This document shows positions 54,080-63,438 of a DNA stretch of 64,000 nt, piece after piece; position 1 is the stretch's first letter, and the number at the start of each line of letters is the position of its first letter. The position numbers were made by a program, and so were the translations under genes. The notes under the pieces were generated by a model that was not told the origin of the DNA, made no database searches, and worked only from the letters and a program-made list of their open reading frames with translations. Source of the DNA: an uncultured Flavobacteriaceae bacterium (GTDB lineage: Bacteria > Bacteroidota > Bacteroidia > NS11-12g > UBA955); the NCBI GenBank assembly GCA_964586595.1, contig CAZPHB010000010.1, forward strand, positions 3,995 through 67,994, given 5' to 3'.

Positions 54080-54808
54080 TCAGCGCAGTTTGTAGCTGAG
54101 GTTCACCGTGATTCGGGCGGTTTTCTCACGCGAATCGGTATTGAAGGCGCCACCCCAGGAAAATTCTTCCGAAGAGTGCAAACCCGTTATCTGAAAGATG
54201 CCCATATCGGCGCGCTGCAGCTTATCTAAAGTAGATCCGGCCGCATCCACAATTTTCTGCGCCCTGTTTTTTGCGTCTTCAGTAGCCCGTTTGATCAGGT
54301 CCAGTTTTAATTCCGCCAGGCGTGTATAATAGTATTCAGGTGATTGTGAGTTCAACTCCACACCCTGGTCGATCAGCTCCGTCACTTCTCTGGAAATCCG
54401 TTCGATGCCATCTACATCTTTCGATTCAACCTTCACGCTTTGCATGAGTCTGTACCCCTGGAAGGTGCGGTGGTTTTCGCCATTGTAGTAGTTGTAATCG
54501 TATTCTTGGTTGATGTCAACGGCAGAGAACACAATGGCGCTGTCATGAACACCTTTGCCTTTCAGGTAGGCCTTCACCTTGGCTTCATCTTCTTTCAGGG
54601 ATTGGTAGGCTTCTTTCAGGCTCATGTTCATTTTGTTGAAGCTGCCGCGCCACACAATCAAATCGCTGCTGAAGTTTTTTTCAGCCAGCCCGGTCACTTC
54701 TACACTTTCGCGCAGGCCTTTGTTGCGGATGCCACTGCTCAGGAGCCAGGCGGAAATACTCAGTGATGCAGCGGCGATGCTTACCGCCAGGATGGCATTG
54801 CGGTTCAT
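54080..54808 (-). CDS. SIMPL (DUF541) domain protein
   Basis: N-terminal anchor. The blocks I matched by eye were VEVTGLAEK... and ...NRAQKIVDAAG... Confidence 0.75.
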   Translation of the reverse strand: MNRNAILAVSIAAASLSISAWLLSSGIRNKGLRESVEVTGLAEKNFSSDLIVWRGSFNKMNMSLKEAYQSLKEDEAKVKAYLKGKGVHDSAIVFSAVDINQEYDYNYYNGENHRTFQGYRLMQSVKVESKDVDGIERISREVTELIDQGVELNSQSPEYYYTRLAELKLDLIKRATEDAKNRAQKIVDAAGSTLDKLQRADMGIFQITGLHSSEEFSWGGAFNTDSREKTARITVNLSYKLR

Positions 54809-54816
54809 GTATGTGT

Positions 54817-55416
54817 TTATTTACTGGTTTTGGAAAGGGAATCTTCAATAGAACGACACAAGCTGGAGAATATTTCTTCTACCGTGCCCATGCCGTCAAT
54901 GGGCTGAAGCTTACCCTGGTTCTTGTAAAAAGCCAGGAGTGGTGCTGTTTCATTATTATATACGCGGAAACGGTTGCGAATGGTGTCTTCATTTTGGTCA
55001 TCGGCACGACCACTTACCTTTCCGCGTTCCAGCAAGCGGCGTGTCAATTCTTCTTCATCCACTTGCAGTGCCAAAACCATGCTGATGTTCATTTCTAGCT
55101 TGTGCAGCATTTCATCCAGGGCCGAACCCTGGGCTTCGGTGCGTGGGAATCCGTCAAAGATGAATCCGCGTACCTCCGGATGCTGCCGAACGACTTGTTC
55201 AACCATGCCAATCACCACTGCATCAGGAACAAGTGCTCCTTTTTCGATATAGGCATTTGCTTGCTGTCCCAGTTCGGTGCCGGCTTTGCGTTCTGCACGG
55301 AGGATGTCGCCGGTAGAAATGTGCTTCAATTGAAAATGTGCCAGCAATTTCTCGCTCTGGGTGCCTTTTCCTGCACCGGGAGGGCCGAACAGGATGATGT
55401 TGAGCTTGTTCTTCAT
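54817..55416 (-). CDS. adk: adenylate kinase
   Basis: IILFGPPGAGKGTQ P-loop. ISTGDILR. No zinc-lid cysteines seen. ATG at 55416. Confidence 0.92.
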   Translation of the reverse strand: MKNKLNIILFGPPGAGKGTQSEKLLAHFQLKHISTGDILRAERKAGTELGQQANAYIEKGALVPDAVVIGMVEQVVRQHPEVRGFIFDGFPRTEAQGSALDEMLHKLEMNISMVLALQVDEEELTRRLLERGKVSGRADDQNEDTIRNRFRVYNNETAPLLAFYKNQGKLQPIDGMGTVEEIFSSLCRSIEDSLSKTSK

Positions 55417-55420
55417 GGGT

Positions 55421-57934
55421 TTATGCAGCTTCTTGTTCTTTTTTTCTGGTGAGGAGGAAGGCAGCGGGCAGCAACAACAAGATGAATACCGAGCTTGCCA
55501 GCTCCAGTTGGCCGTAGTTGTGTCCTTGTTCTGGGGTAAATACAAACAGCACTTCATGATTGCCGGCGGGTATTTTCAGAGCCCGCAGGGCATAGTTTAC
55601 CCTTCCGTACGGAACCTCTTTTCCGTCCAGGTAGGCACGCCATCCCGGGTAATACAGTTCAGAAAATATAGCCAGTCCTTCGGCGCTGTTGTTGGTTTTA
55701 TAGCGCAGCGAATCGGGGTGGTAGCTGCTCAGTTTGATGCTGGCGCTGCTGTCCAGGCGAAACTCGGTGGTGTTGCCCAGAATCTGTTCGTTGTTCAGGT
55801 TGCCGTTCATTTTCTGAGCCACGGCTTCCACGCGTGGAAGAAATCCACCCACAAGGCTTGAAGTCAGGGAATCTGCGGTGCTGTCCTGAAGCAGGTTTGA
55901 AGATTTCAGCGCGTCGATTTCGCCGCGCGGATCGGCCACCCAGCGCAGTTTGTTCACAAACCAGCCATTGCCCAGCGCGCTTGGACGCAACTGCGCTACC
56001 GGCTGATTTTGATTGTCGTAGCCGATGTAGTATTTGCAGTTGAGCATGTCCAGCACGGCCGGATTGTTTTTGCCGAGGTGGTTCAGGATTAAGTCCTGAT
56101 ATACGCTCAGTTTTGCCGGATGGTAGCCGTTGATGAGTTTATGAAACTTGGCTCCGCGGTTGTCGGAGAATGGGTCGCGGTTGGGCGTGAGTTCAAACAC
56201 GCGGAAATGCGGATCCTTGTCGGCCATGATTTGCTCGTCGGCCTGTGTTTGTTCTACGATAGGATCCAAACGGTATTTGAATTTATAGTCTTTCCAGCCG
56301 AGGTAATGCCAGGCCAAGCCACCCAGGTCAATCAGCATTACGGCAATGATGCCATAGTACAGCATGGTTTCTTTGATGCGTCCCTGCAGCCAATACCACA
56401 GCAGCCCGAAGCTCAGTCCGATGAACAGCAGCGAGCGCAGGGAATCTTTGCGTACCATCGAAGCGCGTGCACTTTGCAGGGCATCTGCCAGAAAAGGCTG
56501 CATTTGTCCGTCGCTGGCGGCGTTGTATTCACGCAGGTAGCTGCCAATGAATCCGAACACCAGTACGAAGCCTCCGGTAATCAGCCCTGCCATTTTCAGG
56601 CTTTTTAGTTTGTCTGCAGATTTGAGGTCGGCGCTCATCCACTTTTGCAGGCCAAGAATAGCCAGCAGGGGAACCATGACCTGAGCGATGGTCAGCGCCA
56701 TCATGGGCGTGCGGAATTTGTTGTAATAGGGAAGGGTTTCGAAGAGGAAGTCGTTCAGAATGGCGAAGTTTTTCCCCCATGCCAGTGCGACAGATACGCC
56801 CAATGCTGCCAGGATGGGCCAGCGGATGGCATCGCGCACAACAAACAAGCTGAGCACAAACAGGAACATGATGGCCGCGCCCAGATATACCGGTCCGCTG
56901 GTAAAGGGCAGGTCGCCGAAATAGGTTGGGGCGCGTTCGGCAAATTCTTTGGCTTGTCCGGGATCGGCGCCACCGGCGGTCAGTTCTTCATAAAGGCCGG
57001 AGGAGCGTCCACCCACGTTTTCGGTGCTGCTTCTTCCTTCAAAACCGGGGATGATGAAGGTAAATGTTTCAGCCAACCCGTAGCTCCATCCAAAGGCATA
57101 ATCTCTGTTCAGTCCTTTGTTGCCTACTTCGCTGTCCGGGCCTTCCGGGCTTTCTGTTTGGTTGTTGGCCAAAGCGGATCCGCCGCGCATGGATTGTTCG
57201 GCATATTCTGAAGTGGTTTTGAGTTTGTTGATGTTGGAAACTACGCCCAAGGCACCTGCAAGCAGCGCCAATGCAGCGCCAATGATCAGGTGTTTCCAGT
57301 CGCGTTCACGCAGCATCTGATATGCGTAGAAGATGGCGAAGATGCCAATCAGGATGGCTGTATAATAGGTGATTTGATAGTGGAAGTAATAAATCTGAAG
57401 GCTTAAGCTGAAGGCTGTGGTAAAGAGTCCCCACAGGTAGTTGCGCTTCATGATCATGATGAGGCCGCCGAGGATGGCAGGCATCACGCCCATGGCCAGA
57501 CATTTGGTATAATGCGCCGCTTCAATACTGCTGATGCTGTATGTAGCAAATGAATAGGCAACGGCACCTCCGGCGGCCAGCCAGGGCGTGATGCCCAGGG
57601 CGAGCAGCAGCACCAGGAATCCTATCATGTTCACCGCCATGATGCGGTAAGGATACAAGGCTTTCAGGAACAGGTGGTTGGCTTTCGCGATGAGGTTGTC
57701 TGAAGGACGGCCACCAATAAGCGTGGTAGGCATGCCGCTGAAGATGGCATTGGTCCAGTACGGCAGCTGTCCGTCGCGTTCCTTGAATGTATTGGCTTCC
57801 GTTAAACTCAGCAAACCCTGGTTTACGTCGCTTTGGGAGTGGATTTTCCCGTTGAACGTAGGTAGGGTGTATAAGGCTGAAATGATCAGGCACAGCAAGA
57901 GCGGAAGCCCGATGGCGCGCAGTTTGTCTTTCAT
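55421..57934 (-). CDS. YfhO-family polytopic membrane (glycosyl)transferase
   Basis: 837 aa with many TM helices in the first about 520 aa and again at the extreme C-terminus. General YfhO architecture. Confidence 0.7.
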   Translation of the reverse strand: MKDKLRAIGLPLLLCLIISALYTLPTFNGKIHSQSDVNQGLLSLTEANTFKERDGQLPYWTNAIFSGMPTTLIGGRPSDNLIAKANHLFLKALYPYRIMAVNMIGFLVLLLALGITPWLAAGGAVAYSFATYSISSIEAAHYTKCLAMGVMPAILGGLIMIMKRNYLWGLFTTAFSLSLQIYYFHYQITYYTAILIGIFAIFYAYQMLRERDWKHLIIGAALALLAGALGVVSNINKLKTTSEYAEQSMRGGSALANNQTESPEGPDSEVGNKGLNRDYAFGWSYGLAETFTFIIPGFEGRSSTENVGGRSSGLYEELTAGGADPGQAKEFAERAPTYFGDLPFTSGPVYLGAAIMFLFVLSLFVVRDAIRWPILAALGVSVALAWGKNFAILNDFLFETLPYYNKFRTPMMALTIAQVMVPLLAILGLQKWMSADLKSADKLKSLKMAGLITGGFVLVFGFIGSYLREYNAASDGQMQPFLADALQSARASMVRKDSLRSLLFIGLSFGLLWYWLQGRIKETMLYYGIIAVMLIDLGGLAWHYLGWKDYKFKYRLDPIVEQTQADEQIMADKDPHFRVFELTPNRDPFSDNRGAKFHKLINGYHPAKLSVYQDLILNHLGKNNPAVLDMLNCKYYIGYDNQNQPVAQLRPSALGNGWFVNKLRWVADPRGEIDALKSSNLLQDSTADSLTSSLVGGFLPRVEAVAQKMNGNLNNEQILGNTTEFRLDSSASIKLSSYHPDSLRYKTNNSAEGLAIFSELYYPGWRAYLDGKEVPYGRVNYALRALKIPAGNHEVLFVFTPEQGHNYGQLELASSVFILLLLPAAFLLTRKKEQEAA

Positions 57935-58029
57935 AACGATGCCCCAAATTTGCGGGTTTTGCTCGGTTTAACCAATACAGGCACGCAGCCTATTTATCCC
58001 ATTTTGTGCATCTTTGGACTTTCTTTCTT

Positions 58030-59094
58030 ATGAAATTCTTTCACCTCATCACCATCGCCGCATGCTGCGCGGCGCAGCCGATGCGCGCACAAACAGACAG
58101 CACTGCTGTTGAAGAAGATTTCAGCCAATATGAAAATGTGGGTTTTGCCGACGATGGCGCCAAGCGCTTTTGCACCAGTAAGGTGCTTGATTTAAGTCCG
58201 CAGAAGCTCATCAGTATTGGTTATGACATTCAGGGGCCTTATTCCATGAATCTTGATTCATTTGCCGGCGGCAGCGCTGTGCAGCGGAACATGGGCAACA
58301 GCCGTGGATTGCGCCTGTTCGCCAACATCCCGGTGATTTCTAATACGGCCATCACCTGGACCATCGGCGGCTATTATCTGGAACAGATTTATTCCCGCAA
58401 GCAGGAGGGAGGCGTTCTTCCTTTGCCCCGGCCATCAGACATGATTTGGAACACGGGCATCCGCAGTACGGCGCTGAATACCACCGTGTTTAAGCCACTG
58501 GATGAACAGCGATTTATGTTGTTTCAGGGTCAGCTGGAAGTGAATGGCGACTACGGCTGGGACGGCATTGGAACGGCTTTGGATCAAACCAAAGGCAGTG
58601 CCGCGGTTTTGTATGGAAAGAAGGTACACGACCGCAAGCAATGGGCCTTGGGGGCGGTGCGTACCTGGAGGGCGGGTGAAATCAATTACATACCGGCTTT
58701 ATTGCTGAATTATACCTGGCCTTCCCGCAAATACGGCGTGGAGATGTTGTTTCCCGCCCGTGCCGCAATCCGGCGCACCTTCAATCCGCGCAACCTGTTG
58801 TTCTTCGGGTATGAGCTGGAAGGCGGCAGCTATTGGATGCAGGGTGCTCAAAATTTTGGCGTGAACGACTTCGAGTTGCGGCGCAGTGAATTGCGCTTCC
58901 GGTTTACCTACGAACGCAGCCTGCATGGGTTTATCTGGCTCAGTGCCCAGGCTGGCATGCGCGCCAATTACAGTTTTAATGCCGACCGCGGTAATTTTTT
59001 CAGGGGTTTCTTTGGTGAACAACCCTTCCTGATGCAGAATACTTTAAGTCCGGCGCCTTACCTGCAGGTGTCGTTGAATTTGGTAAGTCCGTGA
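58030..59094 (+). CDS. predicted outer-membrane beta-barrel protein (DUF6268-like)
   Basis: Signal MKFFHLITIAACCAAQPMRAQ. Beta-strand periodicity. Family name tentative. Confidence 0.5.
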   Translation: MKFFHLITIAACCAAQPMRAQTDSTAVEEDFSQYENVGFADDGAKRFCTSKVLDLSPQKLISIGYDIQGPYSMNLDSFAGGSAVQRNMGNSRGLRLFANIPVISNTAITWTIGGYYLEQIYSRKQEGGVLPLPRPSDMIWNTGIRSTALNTTVFKPLDEQRFMLFQGQLEVNGDYGWDGIGTALDQTKGSAAVLYGKKVHDRKQWALGAVRTWRAGEINYIPALLLNYTWPSRKYGVEMLFPARAAIRRTFNPRNLLFFGYELEGGSYWMQGAQNFGVNDFELRRSELRFRFTYERSLHGFIWLSAQAGMRANYSFNADRGNFFRGFFGEQPFLMQNTLSPAPYLQVSLNLVSP

Positions 59095-59102
59095 ATAAAG
59101 GA

Positions 59103-59136
59103 ACGCCTGCACATGGTTTAAACCATGTGCAGGCGT
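59103..59136. repeat. perfect 34-bp palindrome centred on GGTTTAAACC
   Basis: ACGCCTGCACATGGTTT|AAACCATGTGCAGGCGT lies between the convergent stops at 59094 and 59144. No flanking T-run. Confidence 0.9.
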
Positions 59137-59143
59137 GTATTCC

Positions 59144-60814
59144 TTACAAATGTGCCACAACAAAGTTGTAGGCATTGTCGAAACAAATTTTCCGTGCCAG
59201 ACTTTCTGCATTTTCGCCGGCAGGAACAAAGTATTCCTGGCTGCGGTTTGAATCAAAAATCACTTGCTGGATGTTCCGGGCAAGGTCTTGTTCCAAGGCG
59301 GGATAGTCCAGCACCGTGGCGTACTTGTTCAATGGGTCGATGTATCCATCAAAATCGCTCCCCAGACTGAACAGATTCCACAGATTCTGCTTTTCCGAAG
59401 TGTTTAACTTGGGATGTTTGAGGATGCCCTCAAGCATGCCGTGCAGGTTTTGCCACAGGGCATCTGCGCTGGTGCTGTCCAAATCCGTCGCTTTGTTGTT
59501 GTTGCGTTCTTCTGCTTCCGTGTCGATGCCACAAATCCGTTGATCCAGACTTAATCCAATCAAACCACCCGTTTTCACTGCCCAGAATAAATCTTCATTG
59601 CACATATTGATGTTCCAGCGGTTGATGAAGCTGCCATCGCCCATCGGATTGTTCAGCGCGATGAGTTCTTGCAGCGTATCCACGCCACTGTAGCCCATGT
59701 GGCTGTATATGAGCGGTGGCGGATTTTCCGGAATATGCTTGTAGATGCGCTCGTAGATGTCGGATCTGGTTCTTGCCGAACTGTGTTTTAAGTCGATCAG
59801 GATGTTGTTTCCGGTGATCGTCGGATTGGGCAGATATTGGCCGTTCTGGTTTTTGGCAATCCCGAGGAAATCGGCCACACATTGTTCCCCTAAATCGGTC
59901 AAACCTTCATCCAAACGCGCGCTTTGGTCGAGTAAAATGTCGCCGGGCGACGGAAGGCTTTTTGCATGACCGCTGATGTGGTTGTCGAAATGGTGCCCCA
60001 GCGTGATGAAGAAGATACGTGAATGGTTCCAGTTCCTTAGGGTGGTGATGCGCTCTTTGATGCGATCCCAAAAGTCGGCATCCAGGGGATTGAGTTTGTC
60101 AATTCCCAGCACATGGGCACCTTCAATGGTAAGCACCATGGCAATACCATTTCCCTGTTGGATGACGTTGCGCACTTCCGCGCCCTGGTTGCAAATGGTG
60201 TATTTACCTTTTGCTTTGGTGTTGCGGAGGTATTCCTCTTTTTTGGAATTACCTGTGAGCTGCTGAATCAGCTTTTTTTCACCCAGAACCACAGACTCAC
60301 GTTCTTCATTGGAATGATGGATGATGAAATCGCGTTCGGTATGCAATTCCTGCCAATAGTCGTAAGTAGCTGAGGTGAAGAAGTCTGCCCGTTTTCTGGG
60401 AATCTTCATCATGAGCGCCTGAATGGTTTTTCGCACTTCGGGGTCATTGATTTTATCCTTGACAAGTAGGCCCAATCCGTTGAATAGTGGATTCAGGATA
60501 TCGTGTTTGGTTAGGAATTCCACCAGTTTCGCTATTTCCGCAGGGCCCAGGTTCCTTTCCGCGATAAAAAAGCCACGTTCTATAGGGTAAAGTGCATTAA
60601 AGACCAATCTGGTGCTCGAATTAGTGCACAACACCAAATTGCTCTGATTGTACGAAAAGGCCCTTTTGCCCTCGCCTTGTTTTTTCAGATTTCCTGCTGA
60701 TATGGTCCAGGGATGATAATATTTCGGGTTGTCGCGGAGTCGATCAATGGCTACATTGTTGTAGCTGCGCATGTGCACGTGCAGGTGCAGGTCTGCGTAA
60801 GGTTTGTTGCTCAT
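59144..60814 (-). CDS. M19 (renal/membrane dipeptidase)-like metal hydrolase with large insertion
   Basis: Ordered blocks YADLHLHVH, TIEGAHVLG, ITLGHHFDN, IDLKHSS, YSHMGY, GGLIGLSLD and LGSDFDGY mirror M19 motif order. About 150 extra residues after block 1. Confidence 0.6.
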   Translation of the reverse strand: MSNKPYADLHLHVHMRSYNNVAIDRLRDNPKYYHPWTISAGNLKKQGEGKRAFSYNQSNLVLCTNSSTRLVFNALYPIERGFFIAERNLGPAEIAKLVEFLTKHDILNPLFNGLGLLVKDKINDPEVRKTIQALMMKIPRKRADFFTSATYDYWQELHTERDFIIHHSNEERESVVLGEKKLIQQLTGNSKKEEYLRNTKAKGKYTICNQGAEVRNVIQQGNGIAMVLTIEGAHVLGIDKLNPLDADFWDRIKERITTLRNWNHSRIFFITLGHHFDNHISGHAKSLPSPGDILLDQSARLDEGLTDLGEQCVADFLGIAKNQNGQYLPNPTITGNNILIDLKHSSARTRSDIYERIYKHIPENPPPLIYSHMGYSGVDTLQELIALNNPMGDGSFINRWNINMCNEDLFWAVKTGGLIGLSLDQRICGIDTEAEERNNNKATDLDSTSADALWQNLHGMLEGILKHPKLNTSEKQNLWNLFSLGSDFDGYIDPLNKYATVLDYPALEQDLARNIQQVIFDSNRSQEYFVPAGENAESLARKICFDNAYNFVVAHL

Positions 60815-61972
60815 TTAAGGAAGGTTCTGGTGGAAGGAAGAACTGAGGTAACGTCGAGGGTTGTGTTCGGTGATTTGCGCCCATTGTTCGTCGCTGACGG
60901 CTGCGCGGAAGTCCTTAACCAGCTTTTGCTCGGGGTTTTCTTTTTCTGTCATGAAGAAGTCCGTTCCAAACAAAATTTTATCCGGGAACTCCCTGATGAG
61001 TGCCGCAATCTCGTCGAATACCGCATGCTCGTAAAGGGTATAGCTTATATCGGTATATACATTTTTAAAGCGCAACAACGACTTCACCTCTTCAAACCAG
61101 TTTTGATTGCCCAAAGCATTACATTTCCGGTCATTAATGTTTTGCTGGTCATGCTTCATGTAGATGCTGCCGCCGGCATGCGCCAGACAAATCTTTAAAT
61201 CGGGAAATTGCTTCAATACCGGTTTGTAATTGACAGGGTTGGAGAAGTTGTATCTGAAGCAGGAATAGTCGGTATCGTCGTTTAAGCGTTGCTGAACCTC
61301 TTCAGGAATGCCGCAAAAAGAAACGGGGCGTCGGTGGGCGTCGCTGATGCGTTTTTTCTTTTTGAATTTACCCCATTTTTCATCCGATTGGTAATGAATA
61401 CCGCCGATGTCGCAATGCGTCATCAGTGGAATTTGGTGTTCCTGCGCGTATGCATAAAGCGGTTCCATCCTGTGGTCGAAGGGATAAAAGCCCAGGGGCG
61501 GATACAGTTTCACCCCATAAAAATGTTTCCGTTCGATGCTGTGTTTTACGGTACGCAGGCCATCGGCATTTCTGGGGTCGAAGCCTACAAAGCCAAAGAT
61601 CTGATTCGGGAATTCCTTCTTCAGTGCATAAATTTCTTCTATTTGGGCGTAGAAGTTTTCCTGTGCTTTTCCGGCATTCATGTGGTCCATGTCCATGGTG
61701 AGCACGATGAATTTCCAGTTGTCATCATATTCGTAGGCTTGGCGCAGGTGATTGAAAACTTCACTCTGGCGTTGCAACATCCCGATTTTGGCAAAGGCCG
61801 CCATACGCCGCTGGTTGTCGTTGCCGATGGCCCGAGTAATTTTATCCAGTGCCTTGATGGAAATATTCGTCAATCCCGGCTTGTTCGCCAGTCTGGCAAA
61901 TCCTGGAAATCCGTAAAACGCGTTGGGCAGGTTGCGTATGCTGAACAGGTGTACGTGACAATTGTATGGCAT
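60815..61972 (-). CDS. Amidohydro_2-like TIM-barrel metal-dependent hydrolase
   Basis: MPYNCHVHLF (HxH), MTHCD, CLAHAGG and FGTDFF blocks. Its stop abuts the start codon of 59144..60814. Confidence 0.6.
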   Translation of the reverse strand: MPYNCHVHLFSIRNLPNAFYGFPGFARLANKPGLTNISIKALDKITRAIGNDNQRRMAAFAKIGMLQRQSEVFNHLRQAYEYDDNWKFIVLTMDMDHMNAGKAQENFYAQIEEIYALKKEFPNQIFGFVGFDPRNADGLRTVKHSIERKHFYGVKLYPPLGFYPFDHRMEPLYAYAQEHQIPLMTHCDIGGIHYQSDEKWGKFKKKKRISDAHRRPVSFCGIPEEVQQRLNDDTDYSCFRYNFSNPVNYKPVLKQFPDLKICLAHAGGSIYMKHDQQNINDRKCNALGNQNWFEEVKSLLRFKNVYTDISYTLYEHAVFDEIAALIREFPDKILFGTDFFMTEKENPEQKLVKDFRAAVSDEQWAQITEHNPRRYLSSSFHQNLP

Positions 61973-61975
61973 GAT

Positions 61976-62947
61976 TTACTTTTTTGAAGTGCCTACCGAA
62001 CGAAGATTGATGATTTTATTGATGACATCCCACCAGAAGGGTGCACCCATGCGCATGAGCATTGCAGCAAGAATGTAACCGCTGAGCAGTCGTATATAAT
62101 TCCACACAATGCCCAAAAATCCGGGATGATCTGATTCCGTCCCGCTTTGAAAAGGCTCCTTTTGGGTGAAGCAGGCCTTCCACACCCCCGGGTTGATGCC
62201 AATGGGCAAGCCCATCCTGTTGAGTTCACGGGTAACTGAATCCATCAGTTCTTTGGGGTTTTCGCCTTCGTATGTTGGCATATTTCCCTGGGCGGCCAGC
62301 ATCGTTATTTTCGCTTCCAATGCTTTCTGGGCGTTTTGGTTGTGCCATAAATCCTGGAACAGGGTTAAACCGTTGACGTTTAGTACCATCGCCACCAGCA
62401 GGGCAATGACAAACAGCGGCTTTTTCTGCCTGCGTTTATACTCGCCGGAAATGCGCGCCATATATGCGTCAAACCATTTGACAATATTGGCTTTGATGGC
62501 GTCTGCCCGGTCGGAACTATCGCTGCCTGAAGGCAGCAGACTGTAAAGGAATTGCTGCTGTTTGTAGGAATCCACCAGGGCAATGCCCTGTACAAATCGT
62601 TCCGCGTTGGAAACCGATATACGGTCATCGGCGGTGGCGCCTACATCCACGGTTTTTTCGGCGATGATGGAAAAAAGGGCATCGGCAAAGTTTTGTCCGT
62701 CGATGGCGCTCGGCATATAATCTGTGCCGCTCAGCTGTTGTGCAATCTGTGGATGCCGATACAGCTCAGCAACGAGGTTACTCTTCTCGTCGGTGAGTGC
62801 TTTTTCAAGCATCTCACGTAAAAAGATTTTACGCTTATGAATACGCCCCGAATAGGCATTCCATAATTCCAGAAAACTGGAAACAATGTTGCTGAGCAGC
62901 AGGTAAACCGCCGCAAGGGAAAGTAGGTAGATCAATAATGCTGGCAT
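61976..62947 (-). CDS. three-TM membrane protein, unknown family (C-terminal GAPFWWDVINKIINLR)
   Basis: TM helices at aa 3-25, about 185-205 and about 285-305. Soluble loops between them. 3-nt gap to the next gene. Confidence 0.6.
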   Translation of the reverse strand: MPALLIYLLSLAAVYLLLSNIVSSFLELWNAYSGRIHKRKIFLREMLEKALTDEKSNLVAELYRHPQIAQQLSGTDYMPSAIDGQNFADALFSIIAEKTVDVGATADDRISVSNAERFVQGIALVDSYKQQQFLYSLLPSGSDSSDRADAIKANIVKWFDAYMARISGEYKRRQKKPLFVIALLVAMVLNVNGLTLFQDLWHNQNAQKALEAKITMLAAQGNMPTYEGENPKELMDSVTRELNRMGLPIGINPGVWKACFTQKEPFQSGTESDHPGFLGIVWNYIRLLSGYILAAMLMRMGAPFWWDVINKIINLRSVGTSKK

Positions 62948-62971
62948 GATGAAAGGGTATTTGTTTATGTA

Positions 62972-62999
62972 ATTATAAGCATGAATTTGAAAAAGTCAA
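62972..62999 (-). promoter_or_regulatory. sigma70-consensus-like promoter TTGACT-N16-TATAAT for the three-gene cassette
   Basis: Minus strand has TTGACT (62999-62994), a 16-nt spacer and TATAAT (62977-62972), 25 nt before the ATG at 62947. No TAnnTTTG box within about 110 nt upstream. Confidence 0.4.
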
Positions 63000-63438
63000 G
63001 TGAAGAAATTTTGAATTTTATAAATGTTTGTATAAGGTGACATACTGCAGTTTGGATTCAAAGAATCGGGAATGTAATCTGATACAGCTGAAATGGCGCA
63101 ACGAGTTTTACGGTGCTCATTGGGTCATCGTTGTCGGTTCTAAGGAAACAATTGAGTACTATTTGTTACGCCCGTTCAAGGCTGATGTGCAGGGACAAAA
63201 ATGTTAGATGATCAATACATCTGACGCTTGGATGCTATAAAAGGATTGTATGGTGAAAAATAATATGGAATACCCGGACATGGCTGTCATGGGAAAATGT
63301 AATGCCCGGTTTGGTCATTGATCTGCCCTGGACATGGAGGACGCGTCCTTGGGATGCTTCTTAGAATTATTGGAGATTGAATGGAGCGATGAGTGCAGAT
63401 TATCGCATTGTAAAACAAAATCAAATAAAGATGGTAAA

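Noticed and set aside
63004-63207. About 60-codon open frame with a GAHWVIVVG string, considered as a CDS feature.
   Set aside because: There is no ATG and no recognisable promoter. It falls below the ORF-track threshold, and the single motif resemblance is weak. It is therefore reported only inside the spacer finding, not as a gene.
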